The notes below the pieces were generated by a model. That model was not told the DNA's origin. It worked only from the letters and a program-made list of their open reading frames with translations, and did no database searches. The position numbers and the translations under genes are program-made. DNA of 47,969 nucleotides from Balamuthia mandrillaris (taxonomy: Eukaryota), in assembly GCA_031835245.2 (NCBI GenBank), contig JAVKOQ020000057.1, positions 186,001-233,969 on the forward strand, read 5' to 3'. The first letter of the stretch is position 1; every line of letters begins with the position of its first letter. This document shows positions 34,928 through 47,054 of this stretch, piece after piece.

Positions 34928-35950
34928 ATGATGGGCGGCAAGCTGTCTTTGTGTTCGAGTCTCTTCATACTATGGTGCCTGGTTATGTGCCGCCGCGCAG
35001 CACACGCACAAGCAGAGAATCCATTGTGCAACGGCGACACTGGTGCGTGTTCTTTGTTGTCAGACGCTCATCAAGCTACGGTCATCAAAGACCAACACTC
35101 TAGGACAGCAGAAAGCGAGGACGCTTCTTCACTGCAAGCGGCTCAACTTCCAAACAAAGGGGAGGAAGAACAGCTTCGCAAAGACACAAGAGAGGAAGAG
35201 GAGCAGGAGAAAGGTATGGAGACAGGAACAGAGGAGCAAGAAGAGGAATTTGAGCTGAAGGTAGGCAAGGAGGAGCAAGAGCAAGAGCAAGAGCAAGAGC
35301 AAGAGCAAGAGCAAGAGCAAGAGCAAGAGCAAGAGCAAGAGCAAGAGCAAGAGCAAGAGCAAGAGCAAGAGCTTACTGATGCAGCAGAACAAGCCCAGCA
35401 AAACCAAGGAGAAAAAGAAGCAGGAGAAACAAAAGACAATGACGAGAAACTAGAAGACTACGAAGAGAAACAAGAAGTGGAAGAGGACGAAGAAGAGAAT
35501 GGAGGCACAATAACAATGGAAGACTTATTAGCCATCCAAGTGCAGGAACGAATGGTTACGGACGAAGAGTTTCGGCTCTACCAAGAGAAGAAGAGAGGGA
35601 AGAAGCTTAAGAAGAAGGAGGAGAAGAAACGCAAGCAACACAAGTTTGGAGAAGAATTGTTGGTGGAGGATGAGGAGGAGATGGAGCGAAGATTAGCCAA
35701 AGAACGACAGCAGCAAATTGAATTAGTGGAGCAGCGGATCAGAGAAATAGAAGAGAGGGCCAGAGAGGAGAGGATGTTTTTGTTCAACAACAAAAAGGAA
35801 GCGGAGAAAGAAAGAGGCGAGGAGGAAGATGCAACCTCCAAACCAAGAAAGAGAACCGTCAAGGAGCTCAAAAGAAGGAAACAAGTGTTGAAAGCGATGG
35901 AGAAAAGGAATCAACAAACTGCATCTGCTTCTTCTGCTGACTCAGACTAA
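34928..35950 (+). CDS. Hypothetical secreted acidic / coiled-coil protein
   Basis: 340-codon single ORF; signal-peptide-like N-terminus (LSLCSSLFILWCLVMC..AHA), (EQ)n tract, E/K-rich helices; no family recognised. Confidence 0.65.
   Translation: MMGGKLSLCSSLFILWCLVMCRRAAHAQAENPLCNGDTGACSLLSDAHQATVIKDQHSRTAESEDASSLQAAQLPNKGEEEQLRKDTREEEEQEKGMETGTEEQEEEFELKVGKEEQEQEQEQEQEQEQEQEQEQEQEQEQEQEQEQELTDAAEQAQQNQGEKEAGETKDNDEKLEDYEEKQEVEEDEEENGGTITMEDLLAIQVQERMVTDEEFRLYQEKKRGKKLKKKEEKKRKQHKFGEELLVEDEEEMERRLAKERQQQIELVEQRIREIEERAREERMFLFNNKKEAEKERGEEEDATSKPRKRTVKELKRRKQVLKAMEKRNQQTASASSADSD
35273..35368. repeat. (GAGCAA)16 coding repeat, poly-EQ
   Basis: Perfect hexamer run seen directly. Confidence 0.95.
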
Positions 35951-36051
35951 AATAAACCAATGATGAAACCAAAATGAGACATGTGAAAGGCTTGTGTTTG
36001 TTCCGCTTGTTAACAATAGACAGAAAAAGAAGAAAAACAAAAAAGAAAACC

Positions 36052-39000
36052 TTAATCTGAGTATTCATCTGGTTCGGGGGTTCCTGCTCCATACCAAGCT
36101 CCGATAGAGCTTCCTCTCATAGATCCTGTTCTTTCCAATCGATTCAGAGGAGTTCGCTTCTCCTTGATAGGAGATGAAGCACGCGGCGATCTTTTCTTTT
36201 GTTTTCCCTCCGATTTCAGCCAACTCTTCCTCACACCCTTTTTCTTTTTGTCTTTCTTTCCTTTCTCTTCTTTTTCTTTATCCTCTTTCTCCTTCTCTTT
36301 TTCCTTTCCTTCTTTCTCCTTTTCTTTCATCGATTGAACAACTCGCTGGTTCTTTCGCTTCTCTCGTAAGGCTTTTCGTTCTTCCTCGTTGTACCAATGC
36401 TCTTCTATCCATTCTATCGTCTCCGTTAGATCCAAAGTTCTTCCGTACTCTGCCAAAGCGGGAAGCAAAGAAGCGTCATCCATCGGTAATGGTTTGGAGA
36501 AACGCGGTTCCACTCGATGATAATTTTTGCCTAAGAGACATCTGTTCAACTGTTGTTCGTGAAGGCTGCCACCTTCGATCATCAAGGTGGCCAACCATGG
36601 TCCCCACTTCATGATTCCCCAATCGTGTTGGTCACCATCTATGAATTGTGACGCTCGACCTTTTTAAACGGTGTTGTGTTAGATGGCAAAAATAGGAGTG
36701 AGAAAAGAAGCAGAGTGTACCGGTGCCAAGGGAAAGGACATGAAGCTGATGAGGTTGTTTGGGATCGGCTGCGTTCTGGTTCATAAGCATGCAGATGGCG
36801 GTGAGAGCCGGATCGTTGGTCATAACAGCCCCGTCCACCTGTTTCCTGTAGCTAGGGAAGAATGTAGGCGCAGCCGCGCTTGCCAATACGCAATCCCTAA
36901 AAGCAACAAAAAAAATGAGAAGGAAGAACAGAGCAAAAGAAAGGGAAAAAACAAACCACACGGGAACGTCGAGCAGTTCTCTCGGAAACACTTCTTTGCC
37001 GGCGCTGTAATACATCTCCCATTGCTCTTCCTCGGGTTGAGCAGCGTTTTGAGCTGGTGCATTCTTCTGTCCAGCATTGTTAATAACGCTCTGCTTTCGT
37101 GACGGTCTCAAAGTAGCCGATCTTCCTTTTTCATGTTCTTCTTTCTTTTGCATTTTTTGTTCAACCACCAACATTGAAGAGGAGGAAGGAGTCCCGCCTT
37201 CTTCTTGTGTTGTTGCCGTTGTTGTAGAAGCTGGAACAGCAGTCGCCCTTCGGGTCGGTTTCATCGTGTGATAATGTAGCCCAACGTCGCTTCTGTTTCT
37301 GGCATGTCTTTTAGTTGGGCGATTGAAGCGAGGGTTGGTTGCTGTTGAAGAATGAGAACCGCTGCTATCACTGTTGTTGCCATTATTGAGTTCTGGCGAG
37401 GAAGATGCTAACGTGGCGGAGGAAGTATCTCTCATTTTCTTTTTCTCTAGGGATGGAGCAGAGGATGACAATGCTCCTTCTTCTGATTTTCTGATGTCTT
37501 TTTCTTTGTCTTTGTCTTTGGCTTTGTTTTTGTCTTTGTCTTTTTTCTCTCTGTCAGAAGAGTAATTGAAGCTATTCTTTCGTTTACGAATTTCACTGGA
37601 AGAACGAGCGGAAGAAGCAGAAATGACAGAAGCCGCCGCAGAAGAAGGAAGCGGCGATGGAAGTTCCGGAGTGCTGAGACGATTCTTTGTGACGCTTGAT
37701 GATGGTGAGAGCAAAGAAGAAGAGGATGATGGTGCTTCTTTCGCAATAGTAGCTGCAGCAGATGACATCACAGGCTCGCTTTGCATTACTCTTGGAGTCT
37801 TCTTCTCCCTTTCACCTGCCATCAAACCTCTCACCCTGATGATGCTTTGGCTGCGAGAAAACTTTCTCGGGAAACTCACATTGTTCTCATCACCTGTACT
37901 GTTGATGTTGTCTACTTCTGCATCGTCTTTAGGCCGATTCAACGAAGATGAAGAATTAGAGAGTAAAGAAGAAGAGGAGGATGACGAAGAAGTAATCAAT
38001 CGGTTATTGCGCACTCTTCGTCGCTGTGGTTGAAGAACAGCTGATTCCTTTTGTGGGATGTTATGAAAGACCTGCGCCTCCCACGTTCTCTCGTGAGTCT
38101 CCTCTTCCAATTCGTTATCCAACAAGAATGACACCAGGAGCAGTCCTTTGGGGCATTCTCCCAATCGCTTTCCCTTCAACAGCTCCGCTCCTATGATCTT
38201 CAAGTTGGTTGGATCAAACTTGCACTCTCTCAAACCCATTCCGGAACGAAGACGTCCTCTGGGAATGAACGCTCTTGGTCCCACAAATTCAAAGAATTGT
38301 CGCACGAAGGAAGGGGAGCGCCCTGTGGCCAGACCAGAGGCCACCATGCTACCCGCCGATATACCGGCGAAGAGGTCGCAGCGTTGCATGAGGTCGGGAA
38401 AGACCTCAGCCAGGCGTTCGAGGATCACGCACTGCACCATGACTTTGAGGCCGCCGCCATCCAATGCGATCACCCGTTTATGGCCGTCGTTCAGGCCGGA
38501 TGGTGATGTTGAATACCCTGTTTTTGTATGAGGTTAAATTTGTGTTTTTTTTTTTGTTTCCGTCTCCTCTTTTCGCAAGAAGAAAGAGGAAAGCAAAGAG
38601 CAAAGAGAACAGAAGAATGAAGAACGAAGAAATGATGAGAAGTACAAACATGCAGGAGTAGGACAGGCTTCAGCCTCTTCCAGGAACTGACGCATTACAT
38701 TCCTAAACTGAGTGGCTAATTACCAAAAGAAAAGCACAGAAAAAAGCAAAGAAAATGTTAATGTAAACGCCAAAAATGAAGATGGAAAAGATAAAACGTA
38801 CTCTTTTCTGTTTCTTGAAGACCGTGGTTGGAAATACCTCCAGTTTCAGCACTTTCATCTTTGTCTTCAAGGGTCAGGCCTTCACTGAGGATCGTCTCTT
38901 CATCACGTTGATCATTTGTGGAATCACGTAACAAATGTTTACTAAGGTGTTTTTGCTTCTTGATAGCATTCTCCCATCCTTTGCTTGACATGATGCTATC

Positions 39001-40102
39001 CGTTACGAATATGAGATGTTCTTCTTCTTCTTCTTCCTCTTCCTCTTCTTCATCATCGTCTTCTTCATCGCCTTCTTCATAATCATCATCCTCATCCTCT
39101 GCTTCTGTTTCTGTTTGTTTCGTTGCTTCCTCTTTAAATCCGTTGCTCTGCGAATCTTTTCGTTTTAGAGAAGAACTGCTTCTACTCCTTCTTCTTCCTT
39201 CGTCTATTTTTTCTTCGACGTTGTCTTCTCGCTGTTGTTCTCCGTCATCTTCATCGGTAATTCGCAGCTTGAATTCGGTATTGAACTGGTTTTTGACTTG
39301 AGAGATGAAGAATGAGGCTGCATCAGCTGAGGCGAAGTATTTGCTTCGCTCGTTTCGTTCTAGAGTTTGCGTTTTTGTTGGATCTATATCTATCAAGCTA
39401 AGTGGCACTTTGTGCTATTTTATGGAAGGAATAGAAAGTAAGATGAGGTGAACAGAAGCGAGAAAGAAACGAGAAACACGGTACCACTGAGTATGGAGGT
39501 GTAAACCATTCGAATCGTTTGTAGTTAGCGATGCAGTAATACCGCTTCCATTCCTTGTGGCGTTTAAACCAAAGATAGCCTGTCCAAATTTGTGTTTCTG
39601 GTTCCTATCATAACAATACCATCAGTTTTTAATCTCTGTTAAACTATGTCTTTAACGTACGTTTTCCTTGGGCTCATACTGAGCGAGACTGAGCCATGAG
39701 TTGAGTTCTTTTTGAGTACTGGCAGCAAGAAGCAGCTTGGCTTGCCCTTTGCCTTTCTTCAGCGGCAAGTTGAAGGTCCATCCCTGCTGCACCCCGAAAA
39801 GAACTCTCGGAATGGATGGTGAGCGTGCCATAGCCTCCTTTTCTTTACTTGTTTGTCTATACAATTTTCCTCCTCCCTTGTAATAGTTGTTAGAGAACAT
39901 ATAGAGTGGGAGAAGAATCATAGGAAGTAAGTACTTTGTAACGCAAGAAAGCAAAGGCTAAACTGTGCCTAGCCACTTCCATTATGATTGGTTTAACTTT
40001 TTTCTTGATCTTAATACCAGCCAAGCCCTTAAAGATCTTTATAACGAAAGTTACCAATACAGAAGGATAGAAAGAAAGCAGAGATGAGAGGAGAGCAGAA
40101 GA

Positions 40103-40144
<42 letters not shown>

Positions 40145-41266
40145 GAGATTAATAAAAGAAGAAAGAAGGAAACGATGGAACAGAGAAAGAAAAAATGTGG
40201 TTAAGAGTACCCTAGGTGGGGCGACGCTGGGAGGTAGTTCCGGCTTGCTTTCTATCTCTCCCAACAAAAGCTTTCTCTTCTGGTCTCCCTTCAAAATGGC
40301 TTCCAACGTTTCCTTGTAGCTGTTGTCTTTGATGAACGACGAAGAAGACGAACTTCTAGAGACGGAAGCAGAAGACGAAACAGAAGACGCACAAGATGAA
40401 GATGAAGAAGAACAAGCAGACGAAGAAGAAGCAGAAGAAGAGACGGAAACAGAAGAAGTTATAGGAGTAGAAGATACAGAAGAAACAGAAATAGAAACAG
40501 AAGCAACAGAGGCCAAAGTAGAAACGGAGGTAGAAGTGGCTGGTGTGTCGTTCAAAATGGAAGGAGAAGGGACGTCAGAGGGTATTGGCATTGCGTTCTG
40601 CTCTCCTGCTTTGTTGGCGACCTCCTTTTCGCTCTTCTCTTTGTTTGTTGTTTCTTGCGTTTCACTCGTGGTCTCCTTCTTCTCCTCTTCTTCCTTCTTT
40701 TTCTTTTTCTTCAGCTTCAGCTTCATTTTCTTTTGCTTCTTCTTCTTGGCTTTCTTTTCTTTCTTCCTCTTTTCACTTTCTTCTGCTTCTGCTTCTTCTC
40801 TTGTTTTGTTGGGTTGTTGTTGTTGCGGCTCGGAAGATGAAGAAGAAGGAGAGGTGGTCGTAGTGGTAGAGGCAGCAGCAAAAAGGACGCTTCGTCGTAA
40901 GGAAGAGGGAGAGGAAGGAGCACTCGATCCATTCGCCTCTGCCAACTTTTTCGGAGGAAGAGGAGGACTTCCCATCGGCGATGAACTCTGCTTCTTCTTC
41001 TTCTTCTTTGGTTGTTTTTTGGGCGAAGAAGGAACGGAAGAAGCAGAAGAGGCAGCAGCAGTGGATGAGAAAACGTCAGAGACGGAGTTGCGGAGCGACC
41101 GCTCGAGCGCTTCCAGTTGTTGCTCCGACACGGAGGCCTCGTTCTCTTTCAGCCTCTGCAGCGTCTCATCGAGGAAGGCCTGCAGTTGCTTCAGCCGTCC
41201 TTCCACTCCGCCACCTAAAATGGAGGAAGCGCCTGTGGCGGTGGCGGCCGTTCCTGGCGTCTTCAT
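36052..41266 (-). CDS. PH-domain-containing patatin-like phospholipase
   Basis: Exons join in frame from MKTPG (41266) through PH-like segments (LLLAASTQKELNSWL; IWTGYLWFKRHKEWKRYYC) to patatin motifs IALDGGGLK, FAGISAGS, ASAAAPTFF, VDGAVMTNDPA, VLSLGTG and DWGIMKW. Confidence 0.85.
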
Positions 41267-41826
41267 CTTTTTCGTGTTCAGTTTCTGTTATTTCTATTTT
41301 TTTTTTTAAGGCAGGAGGCAGAGCGCTACGTTCAAAAAAAAAAAAAAAAAAAAGGTGAGCGGAAGAAAGTGGTGCAAAAACGACAAAGCAGCTGCGCTCC
41401 CACCCGCGTTACTTCAATCCGCGTTCGTGAAACTCTCCCTGCCTTTGCCTTTTCCCCCCTCCAAGCCGCCCCCCCCGCCAACAAAGTGTAAAAATAAACC
41501 AAACAAAAAAAAAAATAAAGGTTGTATTGGGGGACACGGAACCGATGCAGTGCGTGTTGTGGCTGGTAGCGGGGACTCTCTCACCCGCCCCCCTGTCTTT
41601 TTCGTCACTTTTGATTTTTGGGGTTTCGGAGATCGGCCTCGGGGAATTTGTTGGCGTATGGTTGGTTGTTTGATAAAATTGTGCGATCTTAGGATACCAC
41701 TCCTTTTTCAAAAGCGGTAAGCCAATCCCTTTTCAAAATCCGATTTTCGAGCTGGTTTCTTCTTTTTTTCTACCACTTTTCGAAGAGTGAAAAATAAAAA
41801 AAAGAAAAACGCAGAAAGAAAAAAAA

Positions 41827-44272
41827 ATGGAACAAGAAGAGCGACACGTCGTCAAATCCATCCCGGTGTGGACCTCCCCAAAGCGCCGTACGACCCTCCT
41901 CTACTCCTCCCTACTCTCCGTGGCATGGCTCGCCTTTGCGCTCTACTGCTGGACACACTTTGATCGCCCCCTGCTGGCCGTGGCCCTGCTGGCTCTCCTC
42001 GCCCTGGCATGGGGTTCCCTCCTCTCCGCCTGGCTGCTCTACCGCCTGCTCTCCCTCTCGCTCTGGCTCCTCTCCCTGTGGCTCTCCCTCTCGGCCCGCC
42101 TGCTCTCCGCCCTCCTCGTCCTGCCCCTGCTCTACCTCTTTCGCTTGCTGCGGCTGAACTCCCTGGCGCTCTTCCTCCTGGAGCTGGCCTTTGCCTTTTG
42201 GTTCTACCTCCTTGTGCTGGTGGAGAGGCAGCTGAGGACGCTGTTCTACCTCTTTGTGACGAGGCATGCCGCCACCCGCAAGCCTTATTCCTTGGTCAAC
42301 GCCTTTGACCCTTCTTTCTCCGGCTTTCGTTCCTCTGGCTTTGCCCCTTGTTCTTCTCCTCCTTCCCCTTCCCCCACCTTTTGTTCCTTCGGTGATGAGG
42401 ACTTTGCCGGCAGCGGCGGAAGAGCAGAAGACGAAGAAGACGAGAATGAAAGCAACGATGCTTCTCGGGACTTCAACAGAGAACAAGCTTTCTCGCTGGC
42501 GTTAGCTTCCAAACTGGCCTATGAAAGCTCTCCTGTCATTCAGTGGGTTTGTTGTAGGCCTGCCTCCTCCACCGACAGCGAAGAAGAACAACCACAAGCA
42601 GAGGCAAAAGAAGGGCCTTCCTCTACAACAAGAAACATTTCAAAAGGGGATGGCTTGGCGGGAGAAGGATGGGGCTTTGAAAGATGTACAATCGTCAAGT
42701 ACAAAAACACAAAATCATATGTGGCGCATAACGAGGACATGATATTAGTGGCGTTTGCTGGCACTCATCCTTTAAACCTTCGTCACCTTCTCACGGACTT
42801 GAAGGCCTTTCTTTGTGGAGCGGGTGAGCTTGGATTTGTTCATTCAGGCTTCATGCACGCCCTTGGGATCGCCGAGGATCAGATATCTGAAGAACAACTG
42901 AAAGATGATCAAGAAGTACAGGAGCATCACTTGGGAACACAACCGTTGAAAGGAGGAGAAGAGGATGTACAAGAGCGAGAAGAGAAAGAAGAGCGTAAAA
43001 AAAGAACGAGAGAGACCGAGGCAGAGCTGAGAGAGACAGCAAAAGGAGATGCTGCAAACTACCCTAAAGAAGAATCCTCCGTCAACACTGCTACAAGAGA
43101 ATATTTTACCTCAACAAACCCACCGTCTTCATCTTCTTCATCGCCAACCCCGCTTTTTCCTCTTCCGAAATCCTTTGGGCTGCCTTCTTCTGAATTCCTT
43201 CGCCATTTGCTTTCACAGCCCAGTCGAATCTTGTTAAATGGTTTGAACATCTTTCGAAGGACGTTTGGTTGGGTTTGGCTTAGATCCAAAGAACCAGCAA
43301 CAGCAGGAACAAATTTGTTGTTGGATGTTGTGGACAAGTACGCTCCTCTGGCAGAGTTTCGAGCGAAGCAAAGAAAGATTGTTGGGAATGCTTCCGCCTA
43401 CGAACAAGTTCGAGACATTCTGTTCCAGCTTATCGACGAAGAAGGCGGAGGTCATGAAGGAGTTAGAAGAAGAAAAAAGGGAAGCAGAAAAAGAGAGATA
43501 TGGATTACTGGGCATAGTTTAGGAGGCGCTTTGGCAACGCTCTTTACGGCCAAGCTATTGTTGGATTACCCTCAAATCAACAAAAGAATTGGTGGGCTCG
43601 TCACTTTTGGCCAGCCTCGTTTAGGAGACATCCATTTTGCACGTTTCATGGAAGAGCGTTTGATGACGACGAAAGGCAGGCAACGATATTTACGATTTGT
43701 CAACAATAACGACATCATTCCGAGGCTTCCTTTGGGAGTGCCTCCTTGGTTATTGCGACGCGTTTTGAGGTTGATGGGAGTCTCGAAGAACGTGTCGTCC
43801 TCTTTGAGAGGAAATTTGTTGTGTTTCGTTGCTGGAGCTCATCATGGCGATGGTGATGGAGGCATCATGGAAACGCATTACAAGCATGCAGGAAGGTTGA
43901 TGTATATAGATGCAGGAGGAAGAATCATTCCCTCCGTGACTTTGGCTCGGATTGCATTGTTGGAGATTGTTGGAATTGCAGATATTAAGGTTGTGTTGCT
44001 TCGCTTCCCTGTCCTCTCTCGATCTTCGTTTTTTTTTTCTTTTGCTTCAGCTCTTGTTCCCTTCTCTTGCTTCTATGCTTTTTGTTTAACAAATGCGACC
44101 TACTTTGCTGGTTCCATGTTCTTTCGGGCTTATACAGATATTTAAATACGCAACGAAGGAGAGCCGACTTAGGTTTTTGCTGCGACTGATACTTCCTTTC
44201 TTTCTCAATGACCACATGATATCCGACTATGCCAACATTTTAAGACTAGGTCTTCCTGTTTTAAAAAAGTAA
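41827..44272 (+). CDS. Class 3 lipase with N-terminal transmembrane region
   Basis: LASKLAYE, ILVAFAGT, GFVHSGFM, IWITGHSLGGALA, TFGQPRLGD, RFVNNNDIIPRLP; intron 43990-44137; last exon has the catalytic His in NDHMISDY; stop 44270-44272. Confidence 0.92.
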
Positions 44273-44392
44273 GACTGTTTGGAAAAACACAATAAAAAAA
44301 ACAACACAAAAAAATATGAGAAACTTGTTTGAAGCGCAAGCGAGCAAAGTTTAAACATGGAAATGGAAACTTGGACAATCTGTAAGAGGTGC

Positions 44393-45170
44393 TCAACGCT
44401 TGCCGTCTTGATCCTCAAAGACTCGTCGGAACGGCCGTATGTTTCCTGTTGGGTTAGGGTGACCTCTTTTTCCCGTCTCTGTTATTGTTGTTGTTATTAT
44501 TCACAAGGACACAACAAGTAAATGGAATATACAAACCCAGCACAGCAAATATGACACGCTTGAAGCAACCTTCAAAGTCCGATGCAAGCACTTCCTTCCA
44601 CAACAGTGCTACCGCCATTGGTGGGTTCGCAAATGCGCCACACCCAATGGCTCCCAATACGACTGCGTCATGTCCTTTATCTAAAGCCACTTGAAGAACT
44701 ACTTTCATTTTGGTCTTTGTCTTGTCCATGAATCGCATGGTCATGGCTGGTTCTCCTTGTGGGGTTGCTGATGTAGAAGGAAGGAGTTTCGGTCGACTGT
44801 AGGCTGCTATCGAAATGCAGGCTGCTTGGACGGAGTTTTGCAGAAAGGCACAGCCTTGCTTCTCGTCACTTCGGAGGATTGTTAGAGTTGGTCTGTTTGA
44901 GCGTCGAAGTGAGCGAAACAGGAACAGAGAAGAGAAAGATGAGGAACGCAAAGAAGAAGAAGAAGAAGAATAAGAAGAAGAAGAAGAAGAAGAAGAAACG
45001 CATACATATAAATAGCAGCAAATTCAGGAAGTGGGAACTGATCTTCCCATTTGCTCTTGGAAAGAATTTGATAGAGATTGGTCCGTTGGTAGATGCTTCC
45101 TTCTTGACCCCCGCTTTTCTCTGCTCCACCTTCGCTCGAGAAGGCACCGTTTAACCAAACGAAGTGATAC

Positions 45171-45206
<36 letters not shown>

Positions 45207-46528
45207 CGTACTTTTAGAAGAAGGAAACGTGTTGGAAGAAAACATAAGAGTGCATGGGTTGTATCCGTTTGTAAGGAGATGCTGTGCTACTTCCAGCGAA
45301 TCCATTTCTATCACCGAAACCTTGGTAGTGTTTTTCACTCCTTCCTCTGCTTTTGCTTCTGGTATCATCTCGTAGGTTCTTGGTTGAGTGTACGGATCAC
45401 GATAACAATGCCTCCCCTTGAAACGGTGGTCACTCTCTCTAGTTCCGTTGTTTAGTTGTTGCAGCTGCCCGGTAAAGTCAATGAGACTTGCCTCTCGATC
45501 ACCTTCTGTTTCTTGTTCTTCTTCTTCTGCTTCTGCTTCTTCTTCTTCTTTTACTTCTTTTACTTCTTTTACCTCTTCATTCTCTTTATCTTCTGCCCGT
45601 TCTTGCTGATCCGCGTTTGCATGATCATTGCTGGTGCAGAGCTCTACTTTGTGGCCGTCACTGAGGAAGTAATATCCCTTCTCGAAGGCTTTTCTTGTTT
45701 TCTCAAATATGACCTTGCTAAGAAAGGCAGAGAAGCGTCATGAGATGGAAAAGCAATAAAAGAAAGAAGGAATAAGGAATGGATCTAAAGTGGAGAAGGA
45801 AGAACGGCATACCGCATGCAACGAGGACTCTCCTTGTCGGAGCGAAGAGCGTACATCTCAAACCAGCGTTTCCACAAAAGAGGCTGGAAAACCTGTTTCT
45901 CGCTCACAAGCTCATGCTGTGCGTCCTCCTCCTTTATCCTGGCATAGAGTCGATGCTGCCTCTGGTCCTTCATGTGGTTGTCAAAGTCTTGTTCTCCTTT
46001 TGTTGTGTTGGCTGCGGCATCCTCTTTCGCTTCGGTCTGTTCCTCCGAAGAGGACAAAAGAGAGTGTGGCAGCGATACTTGAACCTTGGTATATTTGGTG
46101 TCAAAACACTCCCATAGAAGAAGGAAAAGAAGAAGGAGAAGGAGAAGAAGGAGAAGGAGGAGGAAGCAAATGGTTACCAGCTGTCCTGCTTTGAGGCGGA
46201 AGCTGTTTTTATGGAGGATCTGCTCTTTCAGCTGCACGCGTTTCTGTTGGATGAGCCAGTGAGCGGTCGCGCGAGAGAGATGAAGATGGTTGGAAACAGC
46301 GGCGTCGAGGCGTTGAGGGCCATCCTGACTCACCACGAAGCTCCTCAGCACGGCTTCTCTCTCCATGCGGGTTTTTTTTTTTTTGCTTGCGTAGAATTTC
46401 GTGTAAATTTCAATTTCAAGCAGAGACGAGCGAGGATATGAGATTAGACAGGAGAGAAGATAGGAGCAAGGTAAAGAGAGAGGATAGGAGCGAAGAGATG
46501 AGAGAAGATAGGAGAGAGGATTAGGTAC

Positions 46529-46614
<86 letters not shown>

Positions 46615-46702
46615 GGGAGAGAGAGAGAGAGAGAGGAGGGAGAGAGAGAGAGAGAGAGGAGGGAGAGAGAGAGAGGACGTACTTTTTTAGAAGAAGAGCC
46701 AT
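44393..46702 (-). CDS. S4 RNA-binding domain fused to a microbial PARG-like (TIGR02452/DUF2263) macrodomain
   Basis: S4: QRLDAAVSNHLHLSRATAHWLIQQKRVQLKEQILHKNSFRLKAGQLV. PARG-like: TKVSVIEMDSLEVAQHL, QEGSIYQRTNLY, FPLPEFAAIY, CISIAAYSRP, ALDKGHDAVVLGAIGCGAFANPPMAVALLWKEVL..FKRVIFAVL. Start is ATG 46366, or ATG 46702 via intron 46682-46386; stop TGA 44395-44393. Confidence 0.8.
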
Positions 46703-47054
46703 TTTTGCGTTTCCAATGATTCCATTTTCTCCACTTCTTCTGGTTCTCTCCGATTGTCTGTTCTGGAAGGTTATTGCAGCTGAGAGGGGATAATGCCTTC
46801 GTACCAAGAAGAAGATGAAGAAGAAGAAGAACAAGAAGAACAAGAAGAAGAACAAGAAGAAGAAGAAGAAGAAGAACAAGAACAAGAACAAGAACAAGAA
46901 CGAAGAACGAAGGAGAAGGAGAAGAAAAGGACGAAGACATGCAATGTAGGCTCTACATTATTTCAACATACGTTAATGAATACATTTGTTGAATTCCTTT
47001 CAAAAGGGTTTCACGTTCTCCTTCATTGAACCAAAGGAATATTCAATAGGTACC

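Noticed and set aside
40323..41309. 328-aa plus-strand acidic ORF
   Set aside because: Antisense shadow of the Ser-rich first exon of the PH-patatin gene.
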